This document shows positions 50,223 through 53,970 of a stretch of 53,970 bases of DNA, piece after piece. Location: IMG/VR virus record IMGVR_UViG_3300032038_000026. One strand, 5' to 3'. A program made the translations under genes and the position numbers. The notes under the pieces are model-generated. The model searched no databases. It saw nothing but the letters and a program-made list of their open reading frames with translations, and was not told where the DNA came from. Within the stretch, counting starts at the first letter, position 1. Every line of letters begins with the position of its first letter. This DNA comes from an uncultured virus (IMG/VR IMGVR_UViG_3300032038_000026). Its lineage: Duplodnaviria; Heunggongvirae; Uroviricota; Caudoviricetes.

Positions 50223-52021
50223 TGGCAGCAATTGAGTTGCTTAATCCAAATTCTTTATAGTTTAATACTCAAGAGAAAATATATCATGGGGGTATAGAAT
50301 TAGAGAAAGGAGTTGTAATTACCCCCTACTTTTTAGAGAAGAATTAGGATTTTCTTTAGGAGTGCTTTTAGATTTTTAGTGTTTATCCTGACGTTTTTCT
50401 TGATTTAATCACTCCAGGAAATTCTAATTTTACTCTATTCCCTTATCAACGTATATTTCTGCGCGCATGCATGAGATATACTTCAATATATATTACCGCG
50501 GCCCGTGCCACATCGAAAACTTTTCTTTCGATACTTGCAAAATACCTTCAATGTGTATTCCTACCAAACCATGTTGGTTCTATTGTTGCACCGAACAAAG
50601 GCCAGGCCGCGAAAATCAGTAAACAAAAGATTCAAGAAATTTGGCGCATTTGGCCTTTACTTAAAAATGAGTTAGAACCAGGTATGACGGATGGAGTTCA
50701 TGCTAACTTTGGTAAAGACTACGTTGAGCTATTCTTCAAGAACGGCGCACGACTAACAGTCGTCGGCGCTCTTGATAGTGACCGTGGTATTCGTACTCAC
50801 GCAACTCTTATAGATGAGGCGCGCGACCAAGATGGCGATGCTATTGCAGAAATCGTTCTGCCGCAAATGAACGTATCTCGAAGAATGGATAATGGATTAG
50901 TTAACCCGTATGAAAAAATAAATACGTAGGTTATTTATGCTACTTCTGCGGGGACTAAAGCATCATATGCATACGAAGCTCTTATTGATACTTTTGAGAA
51001 AGCTATAATTGACCCAAAAACAAGTTTTTGTATTGGACTTGATTATAGAATACCTGCCGCGCATGGGCTTATTGACCCGACATATGTTCGTAATCTAAAA
51101 CTTTCTCCATCATATAACGAAACTACATTCGCGGCCGAGTATCTTGGCGTCTGGCTTGGTGGTAGTGATGAATCTTGGTTTGATTATTCTAAACTTACAA
51201 AATATCGAAAAATTAAAAATCCAGAGTGGATTCAAAAATTTAGAGAAGAAAAAAATGTATTCTACTTAATATCAGTAGACGTAGGTAGGCTCCACGACTA
51301 GACTGTCGCATGTATATGGCGCGTTAATATTCGTGATAATAAATACTATGCAACTCTTGTAAATTTATTTGTCCTTGGCCGCCAAGCCGAAACAAAAACA
51401 TTTACATAGCAGGCCGCAGATTTAAAATAGCTTATTGCAATTTATAGACCACGAGAAGTAGTTATAGACTGTAATGGCTTGGGTGTTGGTCTTGCTGATG
51501 AAATGATTCGGACCTAGTTAGATGAAAATGGTAACGAACTTCCAGCTTATGGTTTTTTTAATAATGATGATTATAAAAAAATCCAGCCGAAAGACGCACC
51601 ACAAATTCTCTATTCTTTGAAGGCCAATGGCCCTTTAAATTCAAAAATTCATGGTAATGCTTACTCTCGTATTAATAGTGGTATGGTTCGTTTTCTAATT
51701 AGTGAGCAAGAAGCACGAACCGCGCTACTTGCAACTAAAACTGGTTAGAAAATGAAAACAGAAGAACGTATAAAACGTCTTATGCCACATGAGCTTACTA
51801 CAAAATTATTTGAAGAAATGTCTAACTTGCGGCTTAAGAAAAGTGGACTTGACATTGTACTTGAATAGATTAATCCTCGGTTCCCTAAAGATAAATATTC
51901 TGCTTTTGCCTATGGGTTATGGAGAATAAAGGAACTTGAAGAGGAAAACTATAAGAAAGTCGTTCGTCGAGGAAACGGATAGAAGCGATAGTTAATTTTC
52001 TTTACTGGAGGACAAACTTAA
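50222..52021 (+). CDS. terL: Terminase large subunit (many TAG)
   Basis: LFPYQR, AARATSKT, LIDEAR, YATSAG, nuclease ISVDVGR, VIDCNGLGVG, KDKYSA in one frame when TAG=Gln. Confidence 0.9.
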
Positions 52022-53520
52022 TGGAAGAGACTAAACGAATTGATGATTTAAGCACTTTTAAAGCGAGCATTAAGGAAATGGTCGCAAAAAGTGAATAGTC
52101 TTGGAACGAGTCTTTAGGCTACTCTTTCCATTCTCAAAGAATAAGAGAATATACAAAGGAAGAAGTAGATAATATCATTAATAGTAGTTCTTTACAGCAA
52201 CAACAAGAGCTTTCTAGGAATTTCTTTTTTAAAGATGGTTTTTATAAACGTATTATTTTTTATTATGCTACGCTTTTGAAATACATAGGTATATTAATCC
52301 CTAATCCAAGTGCGGGTAATGAACTCTCCACCCCCTATGTACAAAAGCGGTATAATAATGCCCTTGATTATCTTGATAAGATAAATTTACCAGAATTATT
52401 AACAAGAATTTCAATGAAAGCACTTATAGATGGTTGCTACTATGGTGTGCTCCAGAATGTAAGTAGAAGCGATTTCGTAATTTTTGATTTACCAGCTAAA
52501 TATTGTCGTTCTAATTTTCGTGACTTTCATGGTAATGATGTAATAGAATTTAATGTATTATATTTTAATACAATTACAGATGAAAAAATAAGACAACAAG
52601 CTTTGAAGATTTATCCAAAAGTTTTAGCAGACCATTATCGTAGATATAAAAAGTCTTAGGTAAAAACTCCTTGGGTAAAAGTACCAACTGATATTGGTTT
52701 TTGTTTCTCTTTCTCAGATGATAACAGACCATTATTTTTAGATGTAATTCCAGCTACGATGGATTACGATGAAGCAGTAGATATTAATAGAGAACGTGAC
52801 TTAGAAGAAATTCGGAAGATTATTGTTCAAAAGATACCACATTTACAAGACGGCGCGTTGTTATTTGAGCCAAATGAAGCTCAAGTAATGCATGACGGTG
52901 CAGTTGGTATGATGCGCGGCAACAAAAATATAAGCGTTTTAACTACTTATGCTGATGTTGACTCTGTTGTATCAAATACTTCATCAGAAGCATCTACAAA
53001 TGCGTTGGAAAAGAGTCTACAAAATATTTATTCTAATATTGGTGCTAGTGGGCAACTTTTTGCGCCAACTGGTAGCCAAGCTTTAATGATTTCTATTAAG
53101 AATGATATCGCGTTAATGATGGTATTAGGGAATAAATATTCTCGTTTCTTTACTTTTATTATTAATTCTCTTTTTGCAAATTCTAATGTAACATTTAAAT
53201 ACACATTATTACCAATTTCGTATTATGATAGTAGTGATTATATTACTGATGCGTTTAAATTAGCGCAAAGTGGTTATTCACTTTTATTACCATGTTTGGC
53301 TTTAGGTATTACACAAAAAGATTTGCTGAATTTGAAAGATTTAGAGAATAACGCTTTGAAACTAATTGATAAACTAATACCACCTGCTTCTGCATATACT
53401 GCGGGCGCCGGCGCTGGAACTGGTAAAGTTGGGCGTCCAGAATTACCAGCAGACCAAAAGTCACAAAAGACCATTTAGAACGAATAGGCTTTAGATAATA
53501 ATGGAGGCTCAAATGAATAA
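52021..53520 (+). CDS. Probable portal protein (TAG readthrough)
   Basis: About 499 aa directly after terL, C-terminal GRP motif. Confidence 0.7.
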
Positions 53521-53970
53521 ACCATTATGCGAATTTACTGTACAAGTATATGGAGAATTAAATAAGTATAATGAAGTTTTGAGCAAGGCAAGATGCAGAA
53601 TCTTTTATAAGTATGAAAATCGCAATGGTACTTATATTACTGATGAATTTGCAGAGAAGTTAATAAGTTCTCTTCCATATGTTCCAGTCAAAGGAATTTA
53701 TTCCGATGAAGATTATACAGACCATGGCGTGCGGCGTGATCAGGGGCGTATTTATGGTATTGTCCCTGAAAACCCAAACGTAGCTTGGGAAGAATTTACT
53801 GACGACGATGGAATTACGAGAACTTATGCTTGCACAGATGTTTTGATTTTTACTGCTATATATGAAGAAGCAAATGATATTATTGGTAAAAGTCAATCTA
53901 TGGAATTGTATCCACCTTCTTTAAAATATCATGAAGCTATTGTCCATAATAAGCGTTATATTGTTTTTGA
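53513..53970 (+). CDS. Probable prohead protease, 3'-truncated
   Basis: GGAGG SD; NRNGTYI..SLPYVPVKG..DHG..YGIVPE..QSMEL; position after portal. Confidence 0.65.
   Translation, partial: MNKPLCEFTVQVYGELNKYNEVLSKARCRIFYKYENRNGTYITDEFAEKLISSLPYVPVKGIYSDEDYTDHGVRRDQGRIYGIVPENPNVAWEEFTDDDGITRTYACTDVLIFTAIYEEANDIIGKSQSMELYPPSLKYHEAIVHNKRYIVF

Noticed and set aside
341..53415. Apparent excess of GGCCGC and GCGCGC words in AT-rich genes
   Set aside because: Visible by eye but I cannot quantify it; it needs a codon-aware k-mer test before it can be claimed
45816..53520. Late genes as pseudogenes of a decaying prophage
   Set aside because: Every interruption is TAG, frames never shift, motifs are intact and a suppressor tRNA is present

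Overview
Fragment of a large AT-rich tailed phage genome, probably infecting a Firmicutes host (sigmaA-type promoters, AGGAGG Shine-Dalgarno sites, CHAP endolysin). It reads TAG as Gln: many supplied ORFs are pieces of longer genes split at in-frame TAGs, and an amber-suppressor tRNA (anticodon CTA) lies at 32658-32732. Layout: 1-10.4 kb DNA ligase, helicase, lysis cassette, ClpP-like and PhoH-like genes; 10.5-33.6 kb about 18 tRNA genes, RNA-repair enzymes, free-standing endonucleases, several unexplained structured RNAs and a DUF2828-like (Ro60/TROVE-like plus vWA) protein; 33.6-34.4 kb a repeat-rich non-coding junction; 34.4-45.6 kb a minus-strand array of small genes, most with their own promoter preceded by the palindrome TTAGACGT-N3-ACGTCTAA (22 full copies); 45.8-54 kb heavily recoded late genes (terminase, portal, prohead protease). 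Best novelty candidates: (i) six ACAGCAA stem RNAs carrying tRNA-mimic parts, one with the permuted architecture of YrlA Y RNAs, near the Ro-like protein; (ii) a tRNA-Gln with a complete 75-nt CCA-ending tRNA-like element inside its anticodon; (iii) a tRNA-Val interrupted by an endonuclease ORF with no ribozyme core; (iv) the helically phased palindrome-promoter cassette array. All calls come from reading the sequence by eye; no database searches or folding programs were run.
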